Origin: Bdellovibrionia bacterium
Lineage (GTDB): Bacteria; Bdellovibrionota; UBA1018
DNA: 53,807 nucleotides
Direction: 5' to 3'
NCBI GenBank assembly: GCA_045805065.1
Contig: JBJMMA010000090.1
Span: 1 to 53,807, forward strand
This document shows positions 1-11,558 of this stretch, piece by piece (positions within the stretch are counted from its first letter, which is position 1; the number at the start of each line of letters is the position of its first letter). The notes below the pieces were generated by a model. It searched no databases, had not been told where the DNA came from, and saw nothing but the letters and a program-made list of their open reading frames with translations. The position numbers and the translations under genes were made by a program.

Positions 1-132
1 AAACTAATACAATAAACCAATAACATCAAATCTAACGAACGAACTCCTCATCAAGAGTATGGAGACTTTGTTTTTCAGCCGATTCGCGATGCTGAGGGCG
101 AGGTTTATGCGATCATTGCTCAAGGCTATGAT

Positions 133-1296
133 GTGACAGAGAAGGCTCTGGCTCGTCAGGCCAGCGAGCATTCAAAACGAATGATCGAGATTGAGCGCCA
201 GAATTTCAGAAACCTTTTCAAGCAGACTCCTGAAATGGTCTGCATTCTTTACGGGCCGGATCATGTGTTTGAGTTCGTGAACGAGGCTCATATTCGGGCT
301 TTGGGATTTGATGCTACAGGAATGAGCGTCAGGCAGGCTCAGCCTGAATCCGTTGAAGTGCATGGGATTCTCGATAACGTCTATCGTACTGGAAAGACCG
401 CTGAGCTTTTTGAAATCCCTATTACCGTGACCGATCGCGTCCGTTATTTCAATCTGACCTTCGCCGCCAGACGCGATGAGCAAGGTCAAGTGAACGGGGT
501 CATGATCCTGGGAACTGAAGTGACTGAGCAGGTTCTGGCCCGCGAAGAGCTCAAGCATGCCGTTTCGGCTCGCGACACGTTCATGTCCATTGCTTCTCAT
601 GAGCTCAAAACGCCTCTCACTTCATTGAAGCTTCAGACGCAGTTCAGAGCCCGATCGATTCAGCGGGGTGAGTGGGAACGCTTTGCGATCGAAAAGCTTC
701 CTCGCCTTATTTCAGATGATGAAAAGCAGATCAATCGCTTGATTCGGCTCGTAGATGATATGCTCGATGTTTCGCGCATTCAGACGGGTAAGCTCACATT
801 GGTGGGTGAGCAGTTTGATTTCAGCGAGATGATTCATGAGACTCTGTCTCGGTTCTCCGCGCAAATCGAGATGCAAGGCTGTGAGGTTTCCCTCGACGTC
901 GATGGAGATCTCACTGGCGTATGGGATCGCTTCAGAATGGAGCAGGTCTTCACGAATCTTCTAACCAACGCGTTGAAATACGGCTGTGGAAAGCCGATCG
1001 AAGTCAAACTGTGTCGTGCCGGCGATCAGGTCATTCTCACAGTGAAAGATCAAGGGCTTGGTATTGCTCCGATCGATCAAGAGCGGGTTTTTGGTCAGTT
1101 TGAGCGTGCGATTTCAGCCAATACGATCAGCGGGCTGGGGCTTGGGCTCTTTATTTCCAAAAAGATCATTGAAGCCCATCACGGAAGAATTTCCGTCGAA
1201 AGCGAGCTTGAAAAGGGTTCGACTTTTACTGTCGAACTGCCAGTGGTCAGCATTCTTCAACAAGTTTCCAGAAGCGCTGAGAAGCCGGAAAATTAA
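133..1296 (+). CDS. PAS-domain sensor histidine kinase (PAS-HisKA-HATPase), probably 5'-truncated
   Basis: H-box ASHELKTPL, N-box NLLTNALKY, G-boxes DQGLGI and GLGLGL. The same frame continues upstream (DFVFQPIRDAEGEVYAIIAQGYDVTE, a PAC-like motif) to a stop at 13-15 within a G-poor window end. Confidence 0.9.
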   Translation: MTEKALARQASEHSKRMIEIERQNFRNLFKQTPEMVCILYGPDHVFEFVNEAHIRALGFDATGMSVRQAQPESVEVHGILDNVYRTGKTAELFEIPITVTDRVRYFNLTFAARRDEQGQVNGVMILGTEVTEQVLAREELKHAVSARDTFMSIASHELKTPLTSLKLQTQFRARSIQRGEWERFAIEKLPRLISDDEKQINRLIRLVDDMLDVSRIQTGKLTLVGEQFDFSEMIHETLSRFSAQIEMQGCEVSLDVDGDLTGVWDRFRMEQVFTNLLTNALKYGCGKPIEVKLCRAGDQVILTVKDQGLGIAPIDQERVFGQFERAISANTISGLGLGLFISKKIIEAHHGRISVESELEKGSTFTVELPVVSILQQVSRSAEKPEN

Positions 1297-2281
1297 AGTA
1301 CCGCGCGCGGCCACCTGAAGCTTCCGTAAGAACTTGTCCCAAGACCATAGCAAGAGCTGCCGGTGCCTCAAGTTGCGGGCTGTGCCCGGCCTTTTTTATA
1401 AGAATCGCGCGACAGCGGGCATTGTCCTGATTCAGTTTTTTTAAAAACAGGGGAATGCTTGCAGGAGGTGTCAACGTGTCATCTTCACCCCAGATCAGCC
1501 AGACCTTGGATCTGATTTTCTCAAGGCGGGTTTCATCAATCAGATGAGAGGGCTCAAAGGACTCCACGAATTTAGCGACTTCCTCAGAGCGGAAGAAGCC
1601 CGAGAAATGACCGGCCACCCAGCGAATCCAGAACGGCTCATGAGCAAAGACATGCTCGCGAATGGAGTTAAATCCGCCTTCTTCGCCCATGGCTTTGCGA
1701 AATTTATCCCGAAGATCGTTTGTCGCTGCCTCGTCGATGAAAACACCCGATGGATTGGCAAGGATCAAGTGATCGGGGCGCTGATAAGTGCTGGCAGGGC
1801 CCGCGGACTGGGTCTTGGGTCGAGTCCCTTCCTCGCACTCAACGGCATAAAGCGTGGAAAGCCAGCCGCCTAAGGAGTGGCCCATCAGGGTTTTAGGCGC
1901 CAGTGAATCCAGCACATCAAAGAAAGTGTTCTTCAAAAGCTCCATCGAATGGAATGCTTTTTCATGGGATAAAAAGCCCGAGAAGCCTGGAAAGTCGACC
2001 AGGACGATCTCATCGTAATGCTTCTTCAGGGTCGGCATGAGTAGCGTCAAAACGCCAATCCACGACATCGGCGTATCGCCAAAGCCGGGAGTCAATACAA
2101 GCTTACGCTGAGGTACGCCCGGAGTTGCACGAAGGCTTTTTCTCCAAAGACCGATCTTGAGTTCCCCGCTTCGTCTGAGCTCCCACCGATAGCCTGCTCG
2201 TCGCATGGCATGCGCGGCTGCCCAATGAACGGATTTTAAAACGGGAACTTTCTGAAGTACGGGTCGAATTGCTGGAAGCAT
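1247..2281 (-). CDS. alpha/beta fold hydrolase
   Basis: PGFG oxyanion region, DFPGFSG, nucleophile elbow GHSLGG, IWGEDD acid, GHSPQ His. Confidence 0.85.
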   Translation of the reverse strand: MLPAIRPVLQKVPVLKSVHWAAAHAMRRAGYRWELRRSGELKIGLWRKSLRATPGVPQRKLVLTPGFGDTPMSWIGVLTLLMPTLKKHYDEIVLVDFPGFSGFLSHEKAFHSMELLKNTFFDVLDSLAPKTLMGHSLGGWLSTLYAVECEEGTRPKTQSAGPASTYQRPDHLILANPSGVFIDEAATNDLRDKFRKAMGEEGGFNSIREHVFAHEPFWIRWVAGHFSGFFRSEEVAKFVESFEPSHLIDETRLEKIRSKVWLIWGEDDTLTPPASIPLFLKKLNQDNARCRAILIKKAGHSPQLEAPAALAMVLGQVLTEASGGRARYFNFPASQRFWKLVEEC

Positions 2282-2380
2282 CCTGAAGAAATCTTACCTG
2301 AAGCTTAGGTTTTTTTCATTCTCTTCCCTAGTAATCTTAGCAATCGGGATAGCAATCAGGAGCAAACGAGTTTACACTTC

Positions 2381-3343
2381 ATGCTCTGCATACTTATGAC
2401 GCACGGACTTGAGCCTTTTAAGCCATTTAAAATCGATCAGAAGCTGACGGACGTTTTGTCGCGCGGCCGCTTTACGCTTTCGGCTGAGGTTCTGCCGCCC
2501 AGAAATGGCTCAGAGCAACGTCAGGTTTTGGATCAGATTCATCGCTTGATTGGATGTGGCGCAGAATTTCTTGCCGTGACCAAGGGCGCCGGCGGAAGTC
2601 TTCGGGGTGGAAGCCTCCCTATCGCTCAGACTATCAAAGAACAGTTTGGTGTTCCCTGTATCGCGCATTTTACCTGCCGCGATCTCACGCCCGCGGATGT
2701 CGAAAATCAGCTCATGGATCATCATTACTTTGGGATCCGGAATATTTTGGCTCTTCGGGGTGATCCTCCGGATGGCCAGTCAGAATGGACGGCCCGGGAA
2801 GGCGGCTATCAGTACGCCTTCCAGCTCATTCGACAGATTCGTGACCTGAACGCTGGAAAGTATTTAAAGCGGGCAGGGGGGCCGGAAGTCAAAGAACAAG
2901 AACCTACCGACTTTTGTATTGGAGCTGCCGTTTATCCCGAGCATCCCAATGATCAGGAACGAATCGACTTCTTTAAACTGAAAGTCGAGGCGGGTGCTCA
3001 GTTCGGGATTTCAGATATGCTTTTTGACCCTGAAGTCTATGCGCGCTTTTTGGACCTCTGCGGCAAGAATGGAATCCAAGTTCCAATTCTTCCTGGAACT
3101 CGAATTCTGAAGTCTCAGGCCCAAGCCCGGCGAATGATGGCCAAGTTCCGCGTACAGGTTCCTGAATCGACTCTGAACGCTCTTCCTGAGCAAGATGGAC
3201 CGGATGCCCTGGCCAGAGGCCTTGAACTCTTTATGGGCCAAGTGGAGCGCTTGAAAGCCTATGGCGCTCCAGGAATTCATCTCTTTGTGATCGTGGATAC
3301 CGAAGGTGCCTGCCAGGCTCTCACGCGACTTTCACGACGCTAA
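2381..3343 (+). CDS. metF: methylenetetrahydrofolate reductase
   Basis: AEVLPP, VTKGAGGS, AHFTCRD, ILALRGDPP, YPEHP, KVEAGA and PGIHLF motifs; real start may be ATG 2396. Confidence 0.9.
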   Translation: MLCILMTHGLEPFKPFKIDQKLTDVLSRGRFTLSAEVLPPRNGSEQRQVLDQIHRLIGCGAEFLAVTKGAGGSLRGGSLPIAQTIKEQFGVPCIAHFTCRDLTPADVENQLMDHHYFGIRNILALRGDPPDGQSEWTAREGGYQYAFQLIRQIRDLNAGKYLKRAGGPEVKEQEPTDFCIGAAVYPEHPNDQERIDFFKLKVEAGAQFGISDMLFDPEVYARFLDLCGKNGIQVPILPGTRILKSQAQARRMMAKFRVQVPESTLNALPEQDGPDALARGLELFMGQVERLKAYGAPGIHLFVIVDTEGACQALTRLSRR

Positions 3344-3405
3344 GTCTTTGCAGAGTCATAAAATTCGGGTTAGAACATTGTCTCTACCGACTTTATCTCG
3401 CGTTT

Positions 3406-3494
3406 GCCCGGGTGGCGAAATTGGTAGACGCACAGGACTTAAAATCCTGAGTTCCGAAAGGGGCGTACCGGTTCGATTCCGGTCCCGGGCACCA
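3406..3494 (+). tRNA. tRNA-Leu(TAA)
   Basis: GCCCGGG/CCCGGGC acceptor stem, anticodon arm CAGGA-CTTAAAA-TCCTG, long variable arm, GTTCGATTCC T-loop, encoded ACCA. Confidence 0.97.
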
Positions 3495-3510
3495 TTACTG
3501 CGCCAGAACA

Positions 3511-3536
3511 AAAAACATCCCAGTGGGATGTTTTAT
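3511..3536 (+). terminator. intrinsic terminator after tRNA-Leu
   Basis: AAAACATCCC-AGT-GGGATGTTTT hairpin with T tail. Confidence 0.7.
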
Positions 3537-3736
3537 TCGAGTTTCCCATCTCGCACTCAGCAAACCCAAACTCAATCCTCTCTCTGTAGCTTTTATAACC
3601 TAAATTGTTAACGCTTTATGAATCCAGGCGTAACTGATTGATTTCAAAGCAGTTAGTGGATTGGATTTAGATTCATAATTAAACTATTTCGACCGATAAT
3701 TAATATACTAACTCAGGTATTCGCATCGAGAAGTAT

Positions 3737-4983
<1,247 letters not shown>

Positions 4984-4999
<16 letters not shown>

Positions 5000-6549
5000 G
5001 AACTCGCAATACTCTTTTCGCCGTGACTCTGACGTTGCTGGTTCCCATCACGTCAAAGGCTACGTTGTACAATCTCGGCGCTTTCTGGAAGCAACCCAGC
5101 GCAGGAAGCGGAGACAGTCTTGCCTTCACGTCATCCGCATTCAGCGGATTGACCACCTGGACCTGCGTAGGACCTGTCACGGTTCAATCTCAGACGGGTG
5201 GCGCTCCAAAAACGGTATCATCCAACACGACGGTCAATCTGACCGGCATTTCTGGAATGCATTTCTTTTCAGATTCAGGCTGCACTCAGGAAGTGACTTC
5301 TGCAACCATCCCGTCAGGCAGTTCATCTGCATCTTTTTACTTTTTGTCTGGGAAAAAGAGTTCTTTAGCGACTCTGAGCGCTGCAGCTTCAAATTATACG
5401 ACCGCCACTCAAAATCAGACTGTTACTGCTTACCTGGGATGCACCTGGCTGGGTGGAACCGCTGGCAACGCGACAACCTGGGAAACTTCCACGAATTGGT
5501 CCTGCGGTCATATGCCTACTTCTGCGGCCGGAGATATTGCGGTCTTTGATGCCAATTGTGGAAGTAATTGCACGCCTACAGTGCCCGCCAGTTCCCAGGA
5601 CTTATACGGACTCTATCTGACGAGAGATTACACAGGAACTGTGCAACAAGGAGCTAACGCACTTATTGTTGAGGTAGATGGAGGCTTCCGGATTGACGGT
5701 GGTACTTTCGTTCAATCGACTCAGAACATTGTTGATAAGGGGGTTTTCACGCAAACCGGTGGTACCTTTCAGGGCGGTTCAGGTTCCATTTCCCTTACGG
5801 GCGACGTGAGCGTCTCTGGCGGCTCCCTGACATTGACTTCCGGTCTTACCTTCGTAAATGGCACCTGGTCTGTCACTGGATCTGCCACCCTCAACGCGAA
5901 TGGCGGCAATCTCTATTTGCAGCCTAACAGTATAGCCGACATCGCCATCAATCCGGGAGCGGTTCACTACAATAATGTGAGTGTGTATCCTTCGCAAACG
6001 ATCGCTATCGATTTCGGTGGGGCGACATTTTACGTGGATGGAGATCTCGCCTTTGGCAATATATCCAATGTCGTGCTTGTCATGAGCAAAACAAAATCCA
6101 GCTCCCCGAGCGTCATGGGCGGGGGTTTCGGTGGTCCGATGAGCGGGGGAGGCATCCAAGTCAGCTCAGTCGCTCTGAATAATGTAACCTTCTCGGTGGG
6201 TGGTAACGTAGCATCAACTGACGGTGGGGCGATCGGATCCGCTCAATTCATTTTCAGAGGCGCAAGCCCGACTCTTAGCATCGATAATGGAAGTGTCGCC
6301 TTCCCAAGCGGTAATGTTATCGTGAGCGTTTCAGGAACTTTGGGATTGCTTGGAAATACCTACCTGGATGCTAATTTGCAAAGTGTGACCGTTACGAGCG
6401 GCGCTATCAATATGAACAATCATGATTTTACTATCGGTAAAGCATTAACCCTGTCTCCCGGTACGTCTGTGACCCGAGGAACTGGAACGTTGACTGTGAG
6501 CGGCGCCACGCTTGGTGCTGGCGCCTACAGCGGCGGGACGATTTACTAA
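4984..6549 (+). CDS. secreted Gly/Ser/Thr-rich beta-strand-repeat (adhesin/beta-helix-like) protein
   Basis: ATG 4984 overlaps the fibre gene end; signal peptide then LGAFWK; W.G...WETSTNWS and [12 protein letters not shown] repeats. Confidence 0.7.
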
Positions 6550-6553
6550 AAGC

Positions 6554-6592
6554 AAAAAGCCTGCACCAGAGTTTCTCCGATGCAGGCTTTTT
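6554..6592. terminator. bidirectional intrinsic terminator
   Basis: AAAAAGCCTGCA...TGCAGGCTTTTT between convergent genes. Confidence 0.8.
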
Positions 6593-6612
6593 GATGGCTT
6601 TTGAGCTATCGC

Positions 6613-7146
6613 TTAGTTAGCGCAAGCAGGAACGGTGAAGCTCTTATAGAACGCGGTCGAAGCATAAGCTTCGCCACTTCCGTACATGACTTCGATGTTC
6701 ATTTTGGCTGGAAGATTGTAGGCGACATCAGCCCATTCCAGGCAATCTGGGTAATGAGCTTCGCTCATGTCCTGGCGAACGCAGGTGTGTTGCGTGCCGC
6801 TGCGAGGCATGGAGGTGATCTTCTTTTCATTCTTCACGCACTCATAGGTGCCTGGATAGTTGGATTCGTTCGTTGCTGGGACGTATGTGTATTGAACGCA
6901 AACGTCGACTGGAGAAATGGCGCGGAATTCAGTCTCAGTCGCGCAAGCATTGAAAATGCCCGCAGGTCCAAACGTGCCCGTATACGGAGTGTTGACGAGC
7001 AGGTACGAGTCAGCCAGAATTCGGGTCCAGCTGTCGTTTGCGCTCGTTGCGGTGGCAGCGAAAGTGCCGTTAGAAAGGCTGAAAGTGGCAATCGCTGCTA
7101 AAGCGACAAGTAAAGTTTTCTTAAATGTTTTCTTAAAGGTTTTCAC
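6613..7146 (-). CDS. secreted Cys-containing hypothetical protein
   Basis: GTG start after GGAGA; Lys-rich n-region plus hydrophobic signal ending AFA; 6 Cys in the mature part. Confidence 0.75.
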   Translation of the reverse strand: MKTFKKTFKKTLLVALAAIATFSLSNGTFAATATSANDSWTRILADSYLLVNTPYTGTFGPAGIFNACATETEFRAISPVDVCVQYTYVPATNESNYPGTYECVKNEKKITSMPRSGTQHTCVRQDMSEAHYPDCLEWADVAYNLPAKMNIEVMYGSGEAYASTAFYKSFTVPACAN

Positions 7147-7298
7147 GGGGATCTCTCCTGATCAGATTTTAAAGAGACAAAGTTTAAATAAGTCATGATG
7201 CCGAGTCTAAAGAAGCACAAGCAGCGCAAAAATATTTTTGAAAGAGCTTTGGCGCAATACAATTTCAGCGCGTCAGAGTCGTGCGATTTGAAATGAAT

Positions 7299-7342
7299 AA
7301 AAAAAAGCGCGTTTTTCCCGAAGATTTTAGGGAAAAACGCGC
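7299..7342 (-). terminator. intrinsic terminator of the 7407-7751 gene
   Basis: GCGCGTTTTTCCC...GGGAAAAACGCGC stem followed by a T-run on the minus strand. Confidence 0.7.
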
Positions 7343-7406
7343 AGGTGATGAGAGAAAAAATCTGATCAACGCACCGATTAAAACGGTGACATTGTGTATC
7401 GTAAAA

Positions 7407-7751
7407 TCAAGGCTTCCAGAGAGCAAGCCCTGCAGCAAGGCCACCTAAGGCGATGATCAAGGAGAGAAAAGCTCCCAGTGGAAGGACTCTTCTTTTCGCC
7501 AAAGCGATGCTTGCGCCAAAGACAAGCCATACCGCGAGCTTTCCAATGGCCCAGCCTGGAAGCGCGCCATGAATTCCAAGTCGCGCCAGCATGCCGAAGC
7601 CTGCGACCAGGATCAGAACCAGTGAGATTCCATGGACAGGGGCTGTCCAGCGGCTTTGAGACTTTTCCATCACGGCTGCGCAGCCTAAGGACAGAAAGAG
7701 CCCGAAAATCGAAATCAAGTGAACGAGTTTGTAGACATTGTAACTGATCAT
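7407..7751 (-). CDS. small 4-TM membrane protein (SirB2-like)
   Basis: MISYNVYKLVHL...HGISLVLILVAGFGML...W...KL pattern; AGGAG upstream of ATG 7751. Confidence 0.7.
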   Translation of the reverse strand: MISYNVYKLVHLISIFGLFLSLGCAAVMEKSQSRWTAPVHGISLVLILVAGFGMLARLGIHGALPGWAIGKLAVWLVFGASIALAKRRVLPLGAFLSLIIALGGLAAGLALWKP

Positions 7752-7889
7752 GAACGGATATCTCCTGATTGCCTGATTTTGAAATGACACCCCAGAGCTA
7801 TCACTGCTTAAGGCTCAGGTCTAGTAAAGAGCTGCTTGCTTGCTGCGGTTTGTCATTGCGCGAAGAAGCAGCTCTCGGTTTAAATACCT

Positions 7890-9014
7890 TTGATGTATCA
7901 GGCAAAGCATTCCCGAATAGCGCTCTTGGCCCTGTTGCTGGCAGGGGCCTCTGGTCCTGTTTCTACATGCCTTGCGGACGCAAACGTGCGCGATCCATCC
8001 GTTAAATATCTTCAAATCCTATCTCATCCGGAAATGGCCTGGGGGGCTCGTCGCTCCAAGAAAAAGCAGGACAAGGATCCTGAACTTCCGGCAAGCGATG
8101 ATCGAATCCGTAAGGAACTCGAGAATCTTCTCAAGACTTATGCGCCCCTCGTGTGGCTGCACTCCCAGGAGCCTTATCCGCCGAGTGATCCTCTGGAATT
8201 CATCGAGCATAGCTCGCTCCATTACCGTGGTCCCTCGGGTCGTGATCAAATCCTTTCGCCTGCAGGAAGGATTGAAGCAGAAGCGCTCGCTCAATTATCA
8301 AAGTCAGGTGCGGTCACCCGGCCTTACCAGTCGGGATTTGCACTCAATGGCTCAGGCTACTTTCTTAAGCTTGAGGATGTTCGCCCGGCTACGAGAGCGG
8401 TTGCGGCGCTTGAGCATGTTCCTATGTTCTGGCGCTTAGGAGAGGGTGAGTTTGCAAAGACTTTGATGCAAGAGGGGGCTCGACTCGGAAAGAAGCGAAT
8501 CGTGATCGAGTACTGGTATCATACGCCGTACAATCTGGCGACTCGTGTTGGGATAGGAAACCATCAGGGCGATTGGGAAGGTGTTGCGATGCTCATTGAG
8601 CTCGAAGACTCCCGCGGCACGCTTGAACATCGGCTTTTGGCGAGCTTCTATGCCGAGCACGAAACAGGGACCTGGCGTTGCGCGGGAGAGCTCAGTCGAG
8701 CCAGCGACGGCTCCCATATTGAAGCCTTCTCTGCGATCGGAACTCATGCGACTTATCCGGAGCCCGGCTCGCATCGAAGCGCTGTGTTTACGGATAAAAC
8801 CGAAAGAGGAACGCCTTGGCAGAGCTGGGAAAATCTCAGACCGCTGGCGCTTGAGCCTTATTATGGCTATTCGGGCGCGTGGGGTGAGCCCAGGTTCTTC
8901 TCGTTCATGACGGGACCTCTGGTCCCTGGTCCAGGCTACAAGTCTTTGCCCCGGGAAACGAGCGCAAGTGAAAGTCTCAAAACTTTGACTTTGCTCTTGT
9001 CCAGATGTCACTAG
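7890..9014 (+). CDS. secreted Vps62-related (DUF946-like) protein
   Basis: YAPLVWLHSQEPYPP, IEYWYHTPYN, GNHQGDWE, GTHATYP and YSGAWG motifs; N-terminal hydrophobic stretch. Confidence 0.65.
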   Translation: MMYQAKHSRIALLALLLAGASGPVSTCLADANVRDPSVKYLQILSHPEMAWGARRSKKKQDKDPELPASDDRIRKELENLLKTYAPLVWLHSQEPYPPSDPLEFIEHSSLHYRGPSGRDQILSPAGRIEAEALAQLSKSGAVTRPYQSGFALNGSGYFLKLEDVRPATRAVAALEHVPMFWRLGEGEFAKTLMQEGARLGKKRIVIEYWYHTPYNLATRVGIGNHQGDWEGVAMLIELEDSRGTLEHRLLASFYAEHETGTWRCAGELSRASDGSHIEAFSAIGTHATYPEPGSHRSAVFTDKTERGTPWQSWENLRPLALEPYYGYSGAWGEPRFFSFMTGPLVPGPGYKSLPRETSASESLKTLTLLLSRCH

Positions 9015-9835
9015 GTTCCAAAGCGAGGAGGCGTTCTCGGAGATGGGCGAACGCTTCTTACCTGCGCCAGCGTGAGGGAAATTAAACGCTCTTCACGCTC
9101 TTGAATCGATCGGCGGATAAAACGCAGCCGGGCAATCGCTGAAAAGTTTCCAATCACGGCAATGATGGCGAGCGTGATCATCATGGGAAAAGGAAGTGGA
9201 GAGTTAGAGTGGCTGAGCGGAGTCAAGGTGAAGCCTAAAAGAAGGTAAGTCAATCTTTCGGTTCGCTGCATGCTGCCCCGAGGTAAACGCACTTCAGCGA
9301 TTTCAGAAAGTGCCGTGGTATAGCTCACCATAAAAGAGGCAAGAAGCGCCGCACAAACCACGGCCTGAACCCAAGGAAAGGGATGGTAAAAAATGATCAG
9401 CCCCGCAAAGAGAAAGAACTCGACGTAGCGATCCAGAGCGGAATCCAGGACTTTTCCTGCGTAATTCATCGTGCCTGTCGCACGTGCGACCATTCCATCC
9501 AAGGCGTCCATGGCTCCGCCTGCTAAACCCACTGCTGCGGCGATTCCAAAATGTCCCTGTGTCAATAACAGTCCGCAAAGCGCGCCTAAAAACACGGCAG
9601 TATAAGAAATCGCATTGGCGCTGATGTTCAAGTGAATGGCGAGACGTGAAAGCGGCTGAATGGCCCAGTATCCCATTTCCATAATGGACTTCGCTAACAG
9701 AGGGCTACCGCCTTGCCGCTCGATTCGTTCGTAATACGTTCGGCCTTTGATTCGTACTCGCAATAAATAAAGCGCCATGAGGAGTACGGTGCTGAGGAGG
9801 AGGACCTTGGATACGAGGATGTCCGTGTTTCTCAT
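9011..9835 (-). CDS. CDP-alcohol phosphatidyltransferase family protein
   Basis: DALDGMVARATG...GKVLDSALDRYVE signature. Confidence 0.9.
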   Translation of the reverse strand: MRNTDILVSKVLLLSTVLLMALYLLRVRIKGRTYYERIERQGGSPLLAKSIMEMGYWAIQPLSRLAIHLNISANAISYTAVFLGALCGLLLTQGHFGIAAAVGLAGGAMDALDGMVARATGTMNYAGKVLDSALDRYVEFFLFAGLIIFYHPFPWVQAVVCAALLASFMVSYTTALSEIAEVRLPRGSMQRTERLTYLLLGFTLTPLSHSNSPLPFPMMITLAIIAVIGNFSAIARLRFIRRSIQEREERLISLTLAQVRSVRPSPRTPPRFGT

Positions 9836-9862
9836 GAATCAGGTTCCTGAACCGTTCGCGAT

Positions 9863-9878
9863 TGCATAAAGCGGTCCA
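9863..9878 (-). promoter_or_regulatory. sigma54-type -24/-12 motif
   Basis: TGGACCGCTTTATGCA (GG-N10-GC) upstream of ATG 9835. Confidence 0.45.
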
Positions 9879-9908
9879 CGGGCGGGCGGCTGTGTTATCT
9901 CTTCAAGA

Positions 9909-9924
9909 CGGCCCAATCGTTGCC
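9909..9924 (+). promoter_or_regulatory. sigma54-type -24/-12 motif
   Basis: CGGCCCAATCGTTGCC upstream of ATG 9949. Confidence 0.5.
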
Positions 9925-9948
9925 CAATTGTTGCAGTACCTCACTCAT

Positions 9949-10224
9949 ATGTTTTTCACAGATATTGTGGTCGTGCTGGCCATTGTGCTGTTCATTGCTG
10001 CTGTGGCGATCGAATTGAGAAAAGACCGCGACAAGAAAATGTACGTCGGAGGTGAGGCGAAAACTCACCGCGACGAGAGCTCCGCACCCGTTCAGGGAGA
10101 AAGTCCTGTATCAGCACAAGGCGATAGTCATGTGCCAGTCGTTCGCCCAGATGCAGCGCCGCCAGTTGTCACCCAGGAAGAATTTAAAACGCCAGAGTTT
10201 AAGACGCCTAAGAAATCAGCTTAA
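9949..10224 (+). CDS. small membrane-anchored hypothetical protein
   Basis: One N-terminal TM helix and a low-complexity tail; fills the gap between two real genes. Confidence 0.55.
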   Translation: MFFTDIVVVLAIVLFIAAVAIELRKDRDKKMYVGGEAKTHRDESSAPVQGESPVSAQGDSHVPVVRPDAAPPVVTQEEFKTPEFKTPKKSA

Positions 10225-11507
10225 GATTTGAACGCTAACAGGTGGTACGTTTTCTTGCCCTTGCGTAGAACGATGTATCCACCGGCAATCAAGTCTTTTT
10301 GCGTAATCATGACCGCGGGGTCAGTGATACGCTCGTTATTGATATAGATACCGCCAGCGGTCACATCTTTGCGAGCAGCTCCCTTGGACTGGCAAAGGCC
10401 CGATTCCACTAAAAGATCAATGAGAGGGGCGCCGGCTTCAGGGAGCTGTTTCTGAGTCGATGGAGCGCCCTTCATGACGTCTAAGAGAGTTCTCTCATCG
10501 AGATCCTTGATGGCGCTCCCAAAGAGAGCTTGAGTGGCAGCTTCCGCGCGCTTGAGTTCCGCGTCGCCATGAACGAGGCGGGTCATTTCGCGCGCCAGCG
10601 TCTGCTGAGCTTCACGCTTTTCTGGAGCGGTGCGAGTCTGCTCTTCCAGGCGAGCGATCTCATCCAGGCTCAGGAAGGTGAAGTACTTCAAGTACGTAAT
10701 CACGTCAGCGTCAGCTGTCTGAATGAAGAATTGGTAGAACTCGTAAGGCGAGGTGCGGGATGGATCGAGCCAAACGGTTCCTGATTCGGATTTACCAAAC
10801 TTGGTTCCATCGGCTTTTGTGACCAGTGGATGGGTTAAGCCAAAAGCTTCAATGTTTTCTTCGCCACGCGCTGCGCGCATACGGCGGATGAGGTCGGTTC
10901 CTGCCGTGATATTGCCCCATTGGTCGGATCCACCGATTTGAAGCCTGCAGCCCTCTTTTTCGCTCAAGACGTAAAAGTCATAAGCCTGAAGAAGCATGTA
11001 GGAGAATTCCGTGTAGGAAATTCCGTGTTCACGATCTTCCAGACGTGCGCGAACCGACTCCTTGGCGACCATGTGGTTGACGGTGAAGTGCTTTCCGATA
11101 TCGCGCAGAAAATCGATAAAGCTCAGATTTTTGAACCAATCGCCGTTATTCGCAAGCGTTGCGGAGTTCTGACCTGTGAAGTCCAGGAATTTTGAAATGA
11201 CGTTTCGAATGCCAGCAACGTTTTTCTGAATGGTCTCTTCGGTGAGCAGGTTTCGCTCTTGGCTTTTTCCGCTCGGGTCTCCGATCATTCCAGTAGCGCC
11301 GCCTACGACTGCAATGACTTTGTGTCCGGCTTTTTGAAAGCGACGAAGTGTCATCAGGGGGAGAAGACTTCCGACGTGAAGACTGTCGGAAGTAGGATCA
11401 AAGCCGCAATAGAGTGTCATTGGACCCTGCTCAAGTGCTTTGGACAAAGCGGGGTCGGTGACTTGCTTGACGATTCCACGGGCTTCTAGCTCGGCAAAGA
11501 GTTGCAT
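10221..11507 (-). CDS. tyrS: tyrosine--tRNA ligase
   Basis: YCGFDPT.DSLHVG, QIGGSDQWGNI, KFGKS, C-terminal S4-like domain (LRKGKK). Confidence 0.98.
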   Translation of the reverse strand: MQLFAELEARGIVKQVTDPALSKALEQGPMTLYCGFDPTSDSLHVGSLLPLMTLRRFQKAGHKVIAVVGGATGMIGDPSGKSQERNLLTEETIQKNVAGIRNVISKFLDFTGQNSATLANNGDWFKNLSFIDFLRDIGKHFTVNHMVAKESVRARLEDREHGISYTEFSYMLLQAYDFYVLSEKEGCRLQIGGSDQWGNITAGTDLIRRMRAARGEENIEAFGLTHPLVTKADGTKFGKSESGTVWLDPSRTSPYEFYQFFIQTADADVITYLKYFTFLSLDEIARLEEQTRTAPEKREAQQTLAREMTRLVHGDAELKRAEAATQALFGSAIKDLDERTLLDVMKGAPSTQKQLPEAGAPLIDLLVESGLCQSKGAARKDVTAGGIYINNERITDPAVMITQKDLIAGGYIVLRKGKKTYHLLAFKS

Positions 11508-11558
11508 AGACTTCTATCAATCGCATATCGCCGCCGTTCGGGCAATACGCCAAAGATT

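Noticed and set aside
1..60. G-poor A/C-rich start with an in-frame stop truncating the PAS kinase
   Set aside because: Most simply a low-quality contig end; a real pseudogene or junction cannot be claimed without reads
3673..3700. Sigma28-like ACCGATAA upstream of the fibre gene
   Set aside because: -10 is plausible, but TAAA is at the wrong spacing; too weak to list
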